From: Podarcis bocagei
Lineage: Eukaryota
DNA: 64,000 nt
Assembly (NCBI GenBank): GCA_964188305.1
Contig: OZ076893.1
Direction: 5' to 3' (one strand)
How positions within the stretch are numbered: the stretch's first letter is position 1; each line of letters begins with the position of its first letter. Shown here piece after piece: positions 11,947 through 25,109 of this stretch. The translations under genes were made by a program, and so were the position numbers. The notes under the pieces were generated by a model that worked only from the letters and a program-made list of their open reading frames with translations, ran no database searches and had not been told where the DNA came from.

Positions 11947-14346
11947 TTAATTCAGTTAGCATACATTTTTTTTCCAGCAGGAGGCAAAGGTCCAAGTAGC
12001 TAAGAGGTTTACATACATTTAGCATTTCGACCTGCTTTTTTTCAGAATACAATTCCCCAACAACTGAGCTGCCAACACATGAGAGCTCAGTGGTGCATCT
12101 GCAGAAAGCTCACTTACAGGATGCCTGCAGAGGGAATAGCAAGACATGTGCAAGCATCATAGCCAAGACACCAAGTAACTCCCTCATGAGATCTGCAGGA
12201 GTCATCCAAAAGTGTCTCCTGCCCTCATTCACTTAGAATGAGAATGCAATTCTTCAGTAGTTCTAATACGCTCCGTTTTAAATGTTGCGTATACTTAAAA
12301 AATATGAACATACTGTTTCTCTGGAGAATATTATGATTTCTCCACATTGTAGATTTATGTAACATACCCTTTTAAAGAACCAGGGACTTAAATTCAAGTC
12401 ACAGAATATTTTCTTTTTTTTAAAAAAAGAACAAAACTTTAGCTGAAGTCTTTATTTTCTGCAAGCGCCCATAAAACGAACATTTTAAAATTGAGTTCCT
12501 AGAAATATTTCCTTTGTAAGGCATTGAAATGAAATGCCTGACATCTGTTTCTCATTAAATCCATTAGAGATTGCTTGAAATAATGTACACAGCAATTATC
12601 TGCTAACAATGCTGCATAGTTATTAGCATACTAAGATGCTGCCCTGTGACCCATGAAAGTGAGGGGTACTTGCGTGTACTCATATTTAAGTTGCATTCAT
12701 AAGACCATGTGGGCATGTAATAAATGCTGTAGAATCCTGTGGCTGTTGCTTCCCAGCAAGCTACTAGGCAGACACATGTAGCTGCTGCCGCCAGGTTCAC
12801 GATTCAACTTTTGTCAAGGCACTGCACAAAACTCCTTTTTTGCAGCCATGCACCAAAGGAAGAATTTTGTGTCTGGTGGTAGAAACATCTGCTCATTTGC
12901 CATAGGCTAGGAACCAATACACAGAGTTGCCATTTTTCTTTTTGACAGGGCTACTGTGCATGTCAACATCCTGCTTGTCTTGCCGCCTTAAGGGAATAGG
13001 TGCTCCTCCCACCCTAAAAGCTGGCAAACCTAACTACATATGTAAATGCTGATGTGAATAGGCCCTTTAAGTCCTTTTCTTCCAATAAGCCAATAAATGT
13101 AGCTTAGGTGATTGAGAGCCGCTGAGTAACATACTGCTGTGTTAGGCAGGAGAGAAAAACTGATGAAGTCGGACCTACTTCCCAAATATCTTTGGTCCTG
13201 CCTGTGTCAGCTGACAAAATATGTCCCACTTCCATCGGCTATGGGGTTCCATAAAGTAAACTGATCAGGGCGCTTTCTCCAACCCATATTTCCTGTGCTC
13301 CTCAATGTATTTTCACACATATCCAGTATGTTAATAGATTTGTGAATCATACCGTGCTATAATCTTGACTTTCTAAACAGCAACAGCTTTAATCAAACTA
13401 AGATGTCTTTCTAGTTGGGATTTAAATTCATCCATAAATAAGCCAGTCTTTTTTAATGGGAAAACAGAGTCTACAAAAAAAGTGTGTGTGTGAAGTCAGA
13501 TGAATACTAAATTTTAAAATTGCTTAAGAGGAAGACATGCTTACAAAACCTGTTCTTTGTCACTGATAAATGTTTCACCAAGACTTCTGATCTCCTAAGA
13601 CAAATGCATCATAAATTTATATGGGCATGCTTTAAAAATACAACAGATAAACTAAAGTTAAATTAGACGGATTTCATGGCTAAAATAGCTTAATGTGATT
13701 CAAAATGTATTATTTAGCCAAGAATAATATTTTAGTTATAAAAAAGCAATAGACTGAAATATCTAATTATCTAAAGATAAACAAATACAATTCATGCAAT
13801 ATGTAAAGGGTGCATTTATAATTAATAGTGAACATTGTAATTGCAAGTAAAATCATTTGCATAATTTACAAGTAAATAAATGGATGTTTAATGGTCTTAT
13901 AATAAAATATAAAAGAAGTTATATTGCTTTTGCATCCAATAAAATTAATGCACACTATCCATATGAATGAAAGATGTTGATTTCTGTGTGCATTAATAGA
14001 ATCCGCTTATTTTTAAAATAGAGCTAAAAAGACAGCCATTTAAAAGAAGTGTAACATATGAAGAAACTATTATTATATATGATCAAAAATTCAGCGCCAT
14101 ATTTCAATAACACATATATCAGGCCAGCAGCCATTGCTTTGCAGGTTGCCTGTTACAGTACTTCATCATATCAGTTCTGTATTGAATTTATCTCTCATAT
14201 ATAATTGAAAGCACACTGTCTTCAAACAAAGCTCTTTGTTTCCATACAAGAAGACAAATTGTCCAAAGACCCATGCAGCATACAGACGTACCTCAGAATC
14301 TTGATGAACATAATAAAATAGTATCCACCTATATTACTATGAATAA

Positions 14347-14648
14347 AAAAAGGTAAAAGACCCCTGGATGGTTAAGTCCAGTCAAAGGTGACTATGGGGT
14401 TGCTTTCAGGCTGAGGGAGCCGGCGTTTGTCCACAGGCGGCTTTCTGGGTCATGTGGTCAGCATGACTAAACCACTTCTGGTGCAACAGGACATCGTGAT
14501 GGAAACCAGAGCACTGTGGTCTAAACCACTGAGCCTCTTGGGCTTGCCAATCAGAAGGTCAGTGGTTTGAATCCCTGTGACGGAGTGATCTCTCGGTCAC
14601 CTTTGACTGGACTTAACTGTCCAGGGTGTCCTTTAACTTTTTTATTTT
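14347..14648. mobile_element. Rearranged Sauria SINE with a 3' end at both termini
   Basis: Minus-strand 3' half (14348-14514), plus-strand 5' part (14511-14595), plus-strand 3' end (14596-14643); 13-bp TSD TTACTATGAATAA. Confidence 0.85.
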
Positions 14649-15636
14649 TTACTATGAATAACATGCTAGATAGAGATCTAACCTGATGACTACATGACTG
14701 CTATCCTAGTAAAATTGCTCTTCCTGGTCTGTGTTGACAAGTTCAACCAAAATGCACCCAAAGATAACTATGACTTGTAAACAATGCAGTGCTAAGTTAT
14801 ATACCCCGTCAGCACAATGATGTACATTTCTGAAAAGGAACTTTCCTCCCCACCGCAAAAATGTGTTCCTGTACCTCCTGCTGAGCAGATTTGGGGAGGA
14901 AACAAGAGTACAGAGGATGGGAGTCCTGCTATGCAATCATAAATCCTTGTGCTGCTGGGAACTGCACTGGAAACAAGCCTTGCAGTCCAATGCTTTTATG
15001 TAGCTTTATGAGTCCTGCCAGACTTGGGCATGGAGTGACAGGTGAAGAAGAGGAGGGGGGAGAGGAAGAGGAAATGGCTCTGAGACTGAAGAACAGAGGT
15101 CAGAAGAGGCAGGTACTTCTATCTTCCAGTAAATGGCTGTTCTGGATGGGGAAGCAGGGCTCCTCACTCCCTTCCCAACTCACGGGGACAGAAGAGCACC
15201 AATGGAATCTGGGGAGGGCCTTAATCAATTGTTCAGGGTGCAGGAACCAGTGTTTGAAGTTATTTTTGGGGCAGGGGAGGGGAGCCTGTTCACCCAGGAC
15301 CCAGCAACCTTTTCATCAATTGGAACAGACACATTATCCCCAACACAATGCAGGTCTGCATGATCACAATTCTCACAACACTCTCACAAGGCCCAGGGGG
15401 TTTGTGAGTAAGCCAGCCTTTACATTTAAAAGCTTGAGAGGTCGGTGTGCTGACCCACTGGAATGACCTCATTGCTTCTGTCATCCTTGTCCTGATCTTG
15501 GACTCCCTAAACTTGGGCTGCTGCTTCTATCTAGCCCAGCTAAGATTGCCTTTCCTTCACCTAGCCTGAAAGTTGCGGCTGCTGTGACATTACCGGTGCA
15601 CACCTTTACTCTGCCTCAGTAAAGATATCTTCTGTA

Positions 15637-16309
15637 CAGTGCTACCTCAGGTTACATACGCTTCAGGTTACATACGCTTCAGGTTAAAGACTCCGCTAAC
15701 CCAGAAATAGTGCTTCAGGTTAAGAACTTTGCTTCAGGATGAGAACAGAAATCGGGCTCCGGCGGCACGGCAGCAGCAGGAGGCCCCATTAGCTAAAGTG
15801 GTGCTTCAGGTTAAGAACAGTTTCAGGTTAAGTAAGGACCTCTGGAATGAATGAAGTACTTAGCCCAAGGTACCACTGTATATGTTTTCTTTTCTATCAA
15901 AGGCCTATTCTGATATTTTCCTTATTTTGTTTTCCACCAATGAATGATCCAGAATTGTGAAATAATTTTGGCTAGTGCTATTGGTACCTTCCCTGCCTAT
16001 TACAACCTTTGTATGAATGTGGCTACTCAGGGACTACTACTCTCCCCCCCCCCTGTTCTGCTAATGACATCAGTGAAATCTGCAAAGGTGGAGGGGGTTT
16101 ACGTGTGTGAAAGAACCTTGGAATATTTATACTTATTAATTTTTTGAATGTGTTAATAACAAATTTGTTAATTTGGATTTCAACATGTTTAACTTTGTTC
16201 CTAATTAACAAAACAAAAAAAGAAAAGAAAAAAAGAGAGGATTAAATGCTCCCATGAGGAATATTGCTTTCAGCTGCATGTGGAAGGAATCACTCCCGAG
16301 GTACCACTG
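15637..16309 (+). mobile_element. Composite element: MITE copy C (15637-15878) + duplicated intron DNA (15879-16297) + extra outer TIR end (16295-16309)
   Basis: TA|CAGTG at the left; the middle matches 10766-11211; it ends CCCGAGGTACCACTG|TA. Confidence 0.88.
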
Positions 16310-16829
16310 TACTCTTAAGTTGCTCTAAACAGGAGTCTAGGATAGGATTTTTTTCTTGAAAATTACTCGAGTCATGTTCCCTGCCTCAAGGTACCATTGT
16401 TGCCCTCAAGCAAACCCTTCTCTGCAAATGAGTTCTCGCATTAGGATGCCTTGGAGGCCTGGCCAGCGTTGGAACAAGCCAATGGGGCGCCTGGGGTGGC
16501 GTGTGTCCCGTGCACCCAGGGGGCAGGGCCAGCCGCCCATAGGGCAGGGTGAGCAAGGGCAGGACGCTCCGTGGGGCTGCTGAGGAGTCTGTCTGCCTCC
16601 TCCCACTCAGCTGCCCTACAGCTGAGGGGGAGGTGGTGGACGGACCATTTGGGGTAGGGCAGAGCCTGCAGGCGCCCAAGCCACTGCGTCACTCTCAGGA
16701 GAGACACATGGCTTGGCCCCGCGGTGAGTGCCACCCGGCATTTTGTCACCCCCCTCAGTGGAGACACCCAGGGTGGCCTGCCTCCACCGCACCACCTTTC
16801 CTCTGCTCCTGGGCCCAGGGATTACAAGA

Positions 16830-17295
16830 AAGTCCTAGATCAGGCTCGGTTTGCAAACACTTCATGGAGCTCAGATTCCAAGTGATGCCAATGGCGGCCT
16901 TGGGTGGCCATTACAATAGGGTTCCATATGATGACAGACTCTGCATATGTAGCCAACCACAGGTGGAAAATATCATACATTACTTGCTAATCTGCCCTTT
17001 GTATAGGGATACAAGAGATCGATTCCTGAAACCTTTGCTAATTCCTAGAAGCAGGGACGCTAACAGATTTTTTTATACATAAAGTGGCACTTTATGCTCT
17101 GGCTGCAAGAAAGATAAGAAAGAGAGATGGGCATTATTGTAACAAGTTGTGATGGTGATCTGGAGGCATAACGGAAGTTAAGCTGGGTATGAGATAACAG
17201 ATGACACTTATGAACTCTGATGCCCTTTCTTTAAACACTTGATGCCTTGTATTATGTAATTATTGTTTTATGGCCTTTGGTTAATACAGTAAGCC
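16830..17295 (+). mobile_element. 3' end of a non-LTR retrotransposon (RTE-X-like) with a C-terminal Cys/His motif
   Basis: C-terminus of ORF 16549-17082 reads RLCICSQPQVENIIHYLLICPLYRDTR, typical of a LINE ORF2 zinc knuckle; AT-rich 3'UTR-like tail follows. Confidence 0.65.
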
Positions 17296-19715
17296 TGTTG
17301 ATGATCTCAGTAGTTGCAAACACAATGTAACTTTTTTGAGTTATCATACTGTGGTAATGGGGCATGCATGTGATTTGAGAACAGGAGCAGACTACCTATT
17401 TGGTGAATAATAGACTCCCATAGCTGCATAACTAAGTGGTATCTACAGATTCCACTTGACTATGTTAAATACCAGTGCTAATATTTTGCTTTTCATTTTC
17501 TTTTATTGACAGGTGAAACCATTACATAGAGAATTAATTTTTTTGGGATGTCCGTGAAGGAACTAATTAGCAACGTAACACACAAACATGGGAAAATAAT
17601 ATAATTCAAATTGCAAAAATCAGTGACTATTAAGGTTGATTCACTTTGCTAACTTTTAAACCAAAATATTAATGTTTGTTTGAATCATAATAACTAGTGT
17701 TTTTGTTTAAAATGGTGATAGAGACTTGCATGCAGCCAAACAAAATATAACTGTATTCGTTAATTTTTTTGTTATTATTTATATATAGTGTGTGTTGCTT
17801 TTGTTTTTCCATAAATGTTATGTTGGACAATACAGTGATGTATAGTTTGATCCTTCCCATTTTTCCCTTCCCTAATGGTATTATGTGTACTGCGTTTCCC
17901 AAACATGGGTCTCCAGCTGTTGGGAGTAAATTACACTGAATTCATGGTGAGGATTGCACTGTTAGTTACTATTATGGAGAGACAGAAGGGGAGGAGCTAA
18001 AGGAGGGTTCCTAAATTAGGCATAGTTCTAAAGACTTGTCTTGGCTAAGACTAAGACAACCAGGAAGGGGAAGAGTTCACACGCTAAGCATTATTGTTCA
18101 AAATATTGTGAGCAAAAGTTGGGTGAGATTAGGGACACACAAAATGTATAAGAGAGAGGGCTACTTGTCTGGAGAGCATGATGAAGCAAAATATAGAATA
18201 TCTGTTCTAATCTGTATTAGCGCTGTTAGATATGAGGTTATGTTTCTGAGGGGGATTTGCCTATTAACAAATAGCAGAACAACAAGTACATGGTTCAGAG
18301 ACTTAGTGGTAATACAAGGGTATGAAAATAAGACTCAGACTCAAGGCAGGATATGTGGATGAGGGGCAAGGAAGGATTATCTCATCTCTTGCTAAAGGGA
18401 GCTGTGCTTAAAAATACCTATTCATTTATTACGTGACTATTATTTTAGCCTTTAAACTCTGCAGTGGAATTTTAATATTTTTTTTTAAAGTTCTGTTCCT
18501 GACTTGGTGAGCTATACTGACCAGATGTTTGTGAGTTTGCTCCTGAACTGAGATGTAGTTTCCATTCTGGAAGAACCATCTTCAAGTTCAGTGGAACAAA
18601 CATAAATACATGGGTCCCGCTGCAGCACCAGCCACAGTGAAGTATCTATCTTTCCATTGTTTTCCTGATGAGGCAGGTCACTGTGTGGTCTTGGTAAGCC
18701 TTTTCAACAAAAGGGATAAAGTCCTTTGGGGAGATGTTCCATTAATGTCCAGGTATTAGAAGCAACTCCTGAAGCAATTTACTGTTTTGTGATTGGTTCT
18801 TTTTGTGCATTAATCACTGCATCTTGTATTATAAGGTTGCATGATTGGCATGATTAGAGCCTGAGGGAAGCCTTCTAACTTTTGACAAAGTTACCTACTA
18901 AGGTGTGCTGCTGTCTGCTTTCTTTCACTATCTACATTTATAATTTCAACTGCCATTTCTTTTTTTAAAAAAAGAGTAACATGACTTCCTTCCACTCCTA
19001 ATGTTCTTTAAGAAGTTACCTCCCATTTCAGCTACAGTGGGGAAAGAAATTGTAGAGGACAAGGAAGACATTGGCAAGGAAAAAAGAGGGGACAGAAGTA
19101 CAAACGAAGATACAGCCACAGAGGCTGTTAAACAAAATATTAACGGCAACTCAAGTAATGCTCAACATGAGAGCCAACAACATCATTGACTGTGGTGGCA
19201 TCCAAGGAAAGGCACACAGGTTCAGTCTTGTCTGTTCCCCACTGCCTACTTCATGCCACTGTGTAGCACATTGGGGAAGTGAACCAGGTTTCAGTGCTGT
19301 CAATTTTCTTCCATGCATAAAAGCGGATCTCCAACTGGTGTGGCCATCAAACCCAGGTCAAATCCCTAATCCACAGTCTCAAAGTTTCCCAGACCCTACC
19401 ACAAATTGATTCAGAAACAAGGGGTGAAACTGAAAAATAAATCACATGTAGTTCCATTCCCGATGTGGTTTCCCTTGTTATTACTAAAATAACATACACA
19501 TGGTTTAGGCAACTGACAGACAAAGATGCAAGGATGAGACGCAAGGAAGCTTTCTCTTTCAATAGTAAACAGAAAATTCAAAGTTCCAGTGAGAATCCCT
19601 AGGTTTGCAAATACACCTTACTCATTTTTTCTTTAATCTCACTACTAACACTCTCTTCATGGAACCCACTATTTTCTGTCCACATGTTTACCTGAATTAT
19701 TTATCTTCTCACATA

Positions 19716-19941
19716 CAGTGGTAACTCGGGTTACATACGCTTCAGGTTACACACTCCACTAAGCCAGAAATAATGCTTCAGGTTAAGAACTTTGCTTCAG
19801 GATAAGAACAGAAATCGGGCTCCGGCGGCACGGCGGCAGCAGGAAGCCCCATTAGCTAAAGTGGTGTTTCAGGTTAAGAACAGTTTCAGGTTAAGTACGG
19901 ACCTCCGGAACAATTTAAGTACTTAACCAGAGGTACCACTG
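19716..19941 (+). mobile_element. Tigger/pogo-like MITE, copy D
   Basis: Same TIRs and body, TA flanks. Confidence 0.9.
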
Positions 19942-22900
19942 TATTTATTTGTGCAGGAAGAACATGAAATAGGTACTGCTGCAATGTGATTTCTTACATA
20001 CTTAACTGTAAGGGTAATGAACAAAATCTAATTGTAAATGTAATGAACAATGCAAAAAGAAAAAAAAAGCAACAACCCCAGCATATAATTTACTGTGCAA
20101 GGAGAAAAAAGAGGCCGCTGAATTCCAACTTTTTCATGTGACATGAAACAAAGGACAAAATTATTTGGTCAACAAACAGGGTGGAATATTGGTGATTTGC
20201 ACATTCTGCTTGGGGAAGCATAATTGATGTCACCAAAATTACAAAGTGAAGCAGCAAACCATATTACGGTATAGACAAGACATGCTTCCTAACTTCACCC
20301 ACTACATAAAATGATAATAGAAGTTCCCAAACACTTCAGGGACATATTGACAAAACTTCATCCTAATCAACCTAGCCTGAAGATGTAAAGATAATAACCA
20401 AAGTTAAAATGCATGTCTGGACTCAGCAGAATACAGCCCCATGCCCACCCAAACTTCAGTCACAAAGTAGACCAACATGATGCCATTTGTTCAATACCAA
20501 AACGCTGGAGGCATTTTCTGATGTCTCCAAATCATAATTTTATGGCAGTTAACATTCCCCTCCCACAACACTAGTGAATGGGGATAGTCATTAAGAATGC
20601 TAGAGTTTAAGGCAATGAAAGAGAATGGGAGATATGGGAATATTGTTTATTTAGGAACAGCCGTCTTGTTCATTGTAGAAGAGAACCAGTGAACAGATGG
20701 CTGTAGATCTGAGTGCTATGATGGATCTCAAAAGATACTGAATTGCGTTTGTTGCAGAATTCTTTAATGTGCAAAACTGCACAAATGTACTCTTATTAAT
20801 AGAGGATATAACTGTTCAGTAATTATCCGTTTACATGCAAATTGGAAACCACAAAAGTGGAATTTCTACAAGAAATTCATCCCACTGAAAAGATTGTTCC
20901 CTGCTTTAGAGTAAATGAGTGTGTGAGTGTGTGTGTGTGTGTGTGCGTGCATGTTTTGACTCATTAACTGATTCTTGAAAACTATCCCTGTTTGTTTTCT
21001 TAAACATGCCTTTCATTAAACTTCAACCACAAATATTAATACATTAAATATATGAAAGCATGATATGCAATAAATAACTATAATAATAGGAGAAAGGAAA
21101 AACTAACTACATTGTTTTATATAATAATGATTGGCTGCACCGAAAAAAATACCTTCCTTTTTTCCCCAAAACCTATGAACCCAAAAAAGGACAAGAATAG
21201 TAAGGAGCGTTGAATTGGTGATCCAAATGAGAAATCATGTACAGGACCAGAAAAGGGGCATGCCTTAACTCATGACTGCATCTGGCAGGAGTGCATTTAT
21301 ATTCTGGGAGAGACTCCACAAATGAGATACAGTATAGGGAAACTAGGATGCCATGGGTTTCTGTTTAGGTACTGGATTTGTTGTGTTGCAAGGGACATAT
21401 TTTGAGTGAGTTTGTACATGATCATGGTCACCCAAATTTTATTTAGCCATTATTAAGGTGTTATTAAGCCATGGGTAGGCTGATAGGAATTTCCAGTTCC
21501 TGTCTGCAAAAAGTTTGTTGCAAACCAAATTGTTGGAAGATATTTTTATGAATGTAGCAAGAGTCACCTTGCACACACTTGAGGGTTAACATATGCTTAC
21601 AATAAATTTATTCTCATGCGTAATAAATATTTATTGTCCTTCATGGGATTTACCTATGAGCACAGGAGTTAATGTTATTATTACTTAATTTATTTACTTA
21701 ATTTGTAAACTACTTTTCAACTAAAAAAAAAAAAGATTTCTCAATAAAGTTTACAAGCCGCATATCAAACCCACAGAGTAAATATTACTATAAACAATTA
21801 GATGGGCATGTGGGTAAGAAACAAGGTTGTTATCATCGCCACATAAAAAAATTATTATAAGTAAATAGGAACCTAACAAGACAAAATAGGATTTATCTCA
21901 TTTTGTTAATTTTGTAACCTGCTTGGAATATTTCTTTTATATAAAAAAGCAACCTTGAATTGCAGTGATTGGTGCAGATTCCCTTTAGATCCCAATTTGC
22001 ATATGGGTAGTGCCACATCCATATGGATTTGTCTAATGCAATTTTACAAAATCATCATCACATGAAATGAGAGAGAGTTCATTTTTAATGGGTGCTCAGG
22101 AGAGACAATGCACACTATAAAAAGTATTTATACTATTATCATTTATTTAAGAACTTGAGGATTCTTTCTCTTGGCCAGGTTTTTTACTCGCTTACCTGCC
22201 TTATTTTCCCCATTTCCAACTCAGTATCTAATGAAGTTTGTGTCTATGAAAGTGTCTGGCTGTTTTTAAAAAGTCCCTGGATGCCATCAAATAGTTTTCT
22301 TTCTAAACCTTACCATAATCATTATCTCAATCATTATTGTAAACAGAGAAGCAAGAAAATAAGTAGTACATGCATTTCCAGATGTATCAATACGGCTTGC
22401 TAACATCCCCTATTTTCATTCAATATTCCATACTTATTTTGGTTTTGGTCATTATTTATACTCTATACAACAGAAATAACCTGTAGCGATGACTACAATT
22501 GAGTGACGCAGCTGGTGCTGCAGAATATGAAATAAGAACACTTGAAGAGAGTGCAGGTTGGTGGTGCAATTTGGATGTGTCATGTCACAGCAGACTTGTG
22601 TAGAACAACAATGCCAGCTAGGCCCTGTAAATGGCTGCATCAACCACTACAAAACAAAAACAAACCAACCACCCCAGCTTTTCTGCATGGATCACACTGT
22701 TTTCAGAAAATAAAGTTGCTTTTAAGTATTTTCTTATGAAGAAAAAAATAATGTGCTGCCCAAATGAAGACAAACTATCAAAAAGTTTTGTGCAATGGGA
22801 GGGCAAATGTAGTGTAATATTTCTCCTAGAAACCTCCCTGCTTATAAGCTTCAACTGGATGAAAGGATGTTGATAAACTGGCATCTCCTCCTAGTCTGAC

Positions 22901-23039
22901 CAAAAACATAAGCCCAGCGGTTAGGATAGACAGAGGAGGGGTTGGCACATGGCATATGCACTAACTATAACACAGAGGCAAAATTTTCCAGATATTCTGA
23001 ATTAGTGTGCCCTAGAACAGTAGATCATGGAATCAGCCA

Positions 23040-23920
23040 TGTATAATCCTAAGTGATTCCAAAGACCTGATGGAAGACGTTTTATGACAAGAAACATGCA
23101 CTGCAGCACTATCAAATTCAAAAGGGGAGATAACATTAAACTGAATTCTAAATGGTAGTCAGAACCTAGAACAAGGTGTAAATTTTGTTGAATTCATTGG
23201 AAACAGTGACCACAATGTTATCAAATTTAATGCATATGAACAATTCCCAAGGAAGGACAACATTATTTGACTTCAAAGAATGAACTTCTAAAAAAAAAAT
23301 AGGGGCTTGGTAAAAAGGAAGTTGAAAGAACAGTCAACTTCCTAGAACATTTGGGAGTTATTGAAAATTGAAACAGATCTAACTCAGCTAGAATGTATAC
23401 GCCAGATCAGGACAGTTACCACCAAATCCAAGAGGACTGCAACATGGCTAAAGTGATCAAAGAAGGTAATGGAGAGAAAAGGAATAGTTTTCAAAACTGA
23501 TGAATTAGCCTTAGGAATAAGCAGTGAGGTGATCGGCTTTGCTGATGACAACTAATTGTTCAAGGTGGTTAGAACAAAGGATTGCAATGAGCTTCAAAAC
23601 GAATGTCAAAGACTGCCAGACTAGGTGAATGGGCAATAAAATGTTAAATGTGGTTAATGTAAGTAACTGTAACACATTGGGGCAAAAACATGTACCCTAA
23701 CTTCACATATACACTGATGCAGAAGTTTACCAAGAAAGAAATATTTGGTTCGTGGTAGATAGATTCAGAACAGACAAAAGGAAGTATTTATTCAGACTGC
23801 ACATAATAAAACTATGGATTTCACTACCATAAGATGTGATGGCAAGCCAGCAACTTACTCAAAGGCTTTAAAAGGGGATTATACAAATTCATGGAGGATA
23901 AGATTATCAGTGGCTACTAT
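23040..23920 (+). mobile_element. Decayed CR1 LINE fragments
   Basis: TTTGCTGATGAC (FADD RT motif) near 23538 and a CR1-like 3' end (AGATTCAGAACAGACAAAAGGAAGTA...GGATTATACAAATTCATGGAGGATA). Boundaries approximate. Confidence 0.75.
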
Positions 23921-24172
23921 TTGCTGGGAAACAGAAGCAGGAGAGAATTATCACCCTACAATCAGGTTGGCCACTGTGGGAAACGAGACTGGCCTTTGAT
24001 TTCATCTAGCACAACTCTTATATTTTTAAACAGCGTCTCTCTCCCCCCCCCCCCCGGTTTCTGCATCATTGCTGCTTTGCAAGGAAACTGTTCTTCTCGC
24101 AGTACACACACACACGTGGTTGTGATAGGGGAAACACCACAGAGCACCATGTGTAGCTTGAAGCTTACTCAC

Positions 24173-24360
24173 TTCATATTCCTCCTTGAATCCATAGCCT
24201 TCTGCACATTTCATCTGTGTAATGTGCTGCAGCAAATCGGCGACACGGATGGCTGGATGGAGTTGTCCTGTTTGGTACGGCACATCCACAGGGTCTCGCT
24301 TCTTGTAGGTGTGTGACTGGACCAAGCTGCTTGTGTCACTGCCCATTGTGTGAGTTTCAT
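24173..24360 (-). CDS. PTPRM: PTPRM exon (188 bp): (D)[62 protein letters not shown]
   Basis: Overlaps ORF 24026-24346; acceptor cttttcctag|AT, donor GAA|gtgagt. Phase 1 in, phase 0 out. Confidence 0.97.
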
Positions 24361-25109
24361 CTAGGAAAAGAACACTGAATAATATACCAGCTATTTCCAG
24401 TTTTCCACAGAAGTATATGATACATTGCCTTTATGAGATGGCGTCTGACACCAACAGAATTTTCTATCATCACTATTTGGTGGGCTAAACCATAATGAAA
24501 ATAAACTCAGTTGAGTAATTTACTTGGGGAGTTATCAAGATATATTGGAAAGAGGGGGCTCTATTGGTTTACAATGAAAAGCACTGTATAGTCCATACTG
24601 TATGTTTGTTTATTTCGCTGTACTAATAAATTCTTTAGGTGTTTAGTTGTAAATGGTGCAGAAGTTTCAGGCTGAAACTTCATCAAGTCCCAGTAATATA
24701 AAAAAGGACTTGAGTGTTTTCTGGATTAGTAAACTTTTTATTTTCTCTTTCACAGTGATTCAGGACATGTTAGTGAAAGCAAAATTTTTAATGCATAAAA
24801 TGATATGGGTTATTAAGCCAGGAGAAAAATGGAAATGTAGATTGGATACAACACTAGGAAAGAAAATACACAAGGATAAATGCAAGGAGTAAGTTTGATT
24901 TGGGTTAATGCTTTGACTGAATTTAGCATGCTGCAGTTTCAAATAAGCAATATATCATGGGCCATCACATAAGGCATGAAATGTTATATGTCAACTGACA
25001 TGCAAGCCAACACACAACATAACCCCAACTAGGTTGGTCAATACTGGTATGAAGCAAACAATCACCCACCCCCTCCACACCTCTTCAATGGGGCAAATGG
25101 GCAACTTAC

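Noticed and set aside
14891-15466. 191-aa plus-strand ORF, the longest in the window
   Set aside because: Non-ATG start, no recognisable domain, low-complexity Glu run; lies in probable repeat-derived DNA antisense to an intron.
10524-16311. Assembly artefact as the explanation of the 10.5 kb / 15.6 kb duplication
   Set aside because: The copies carry distinct substitutions, have different outer flanks, and the second ends exactly in TIR plus TA. Read-level confirmation is still advisable.
16387-16400. CAAGGTACCATTGT resembling another MITE TIR end
   Set aside because: Short, not followed by TA and with no adjoining element body; may be chance.
16549-17082. 177-aa ORF as a novel gene
   Set aside because: Chance in-frame fusion of a GC-rich repeat with a LINE ORF2 C-terminal remnant; GTG start and no splice evidence.
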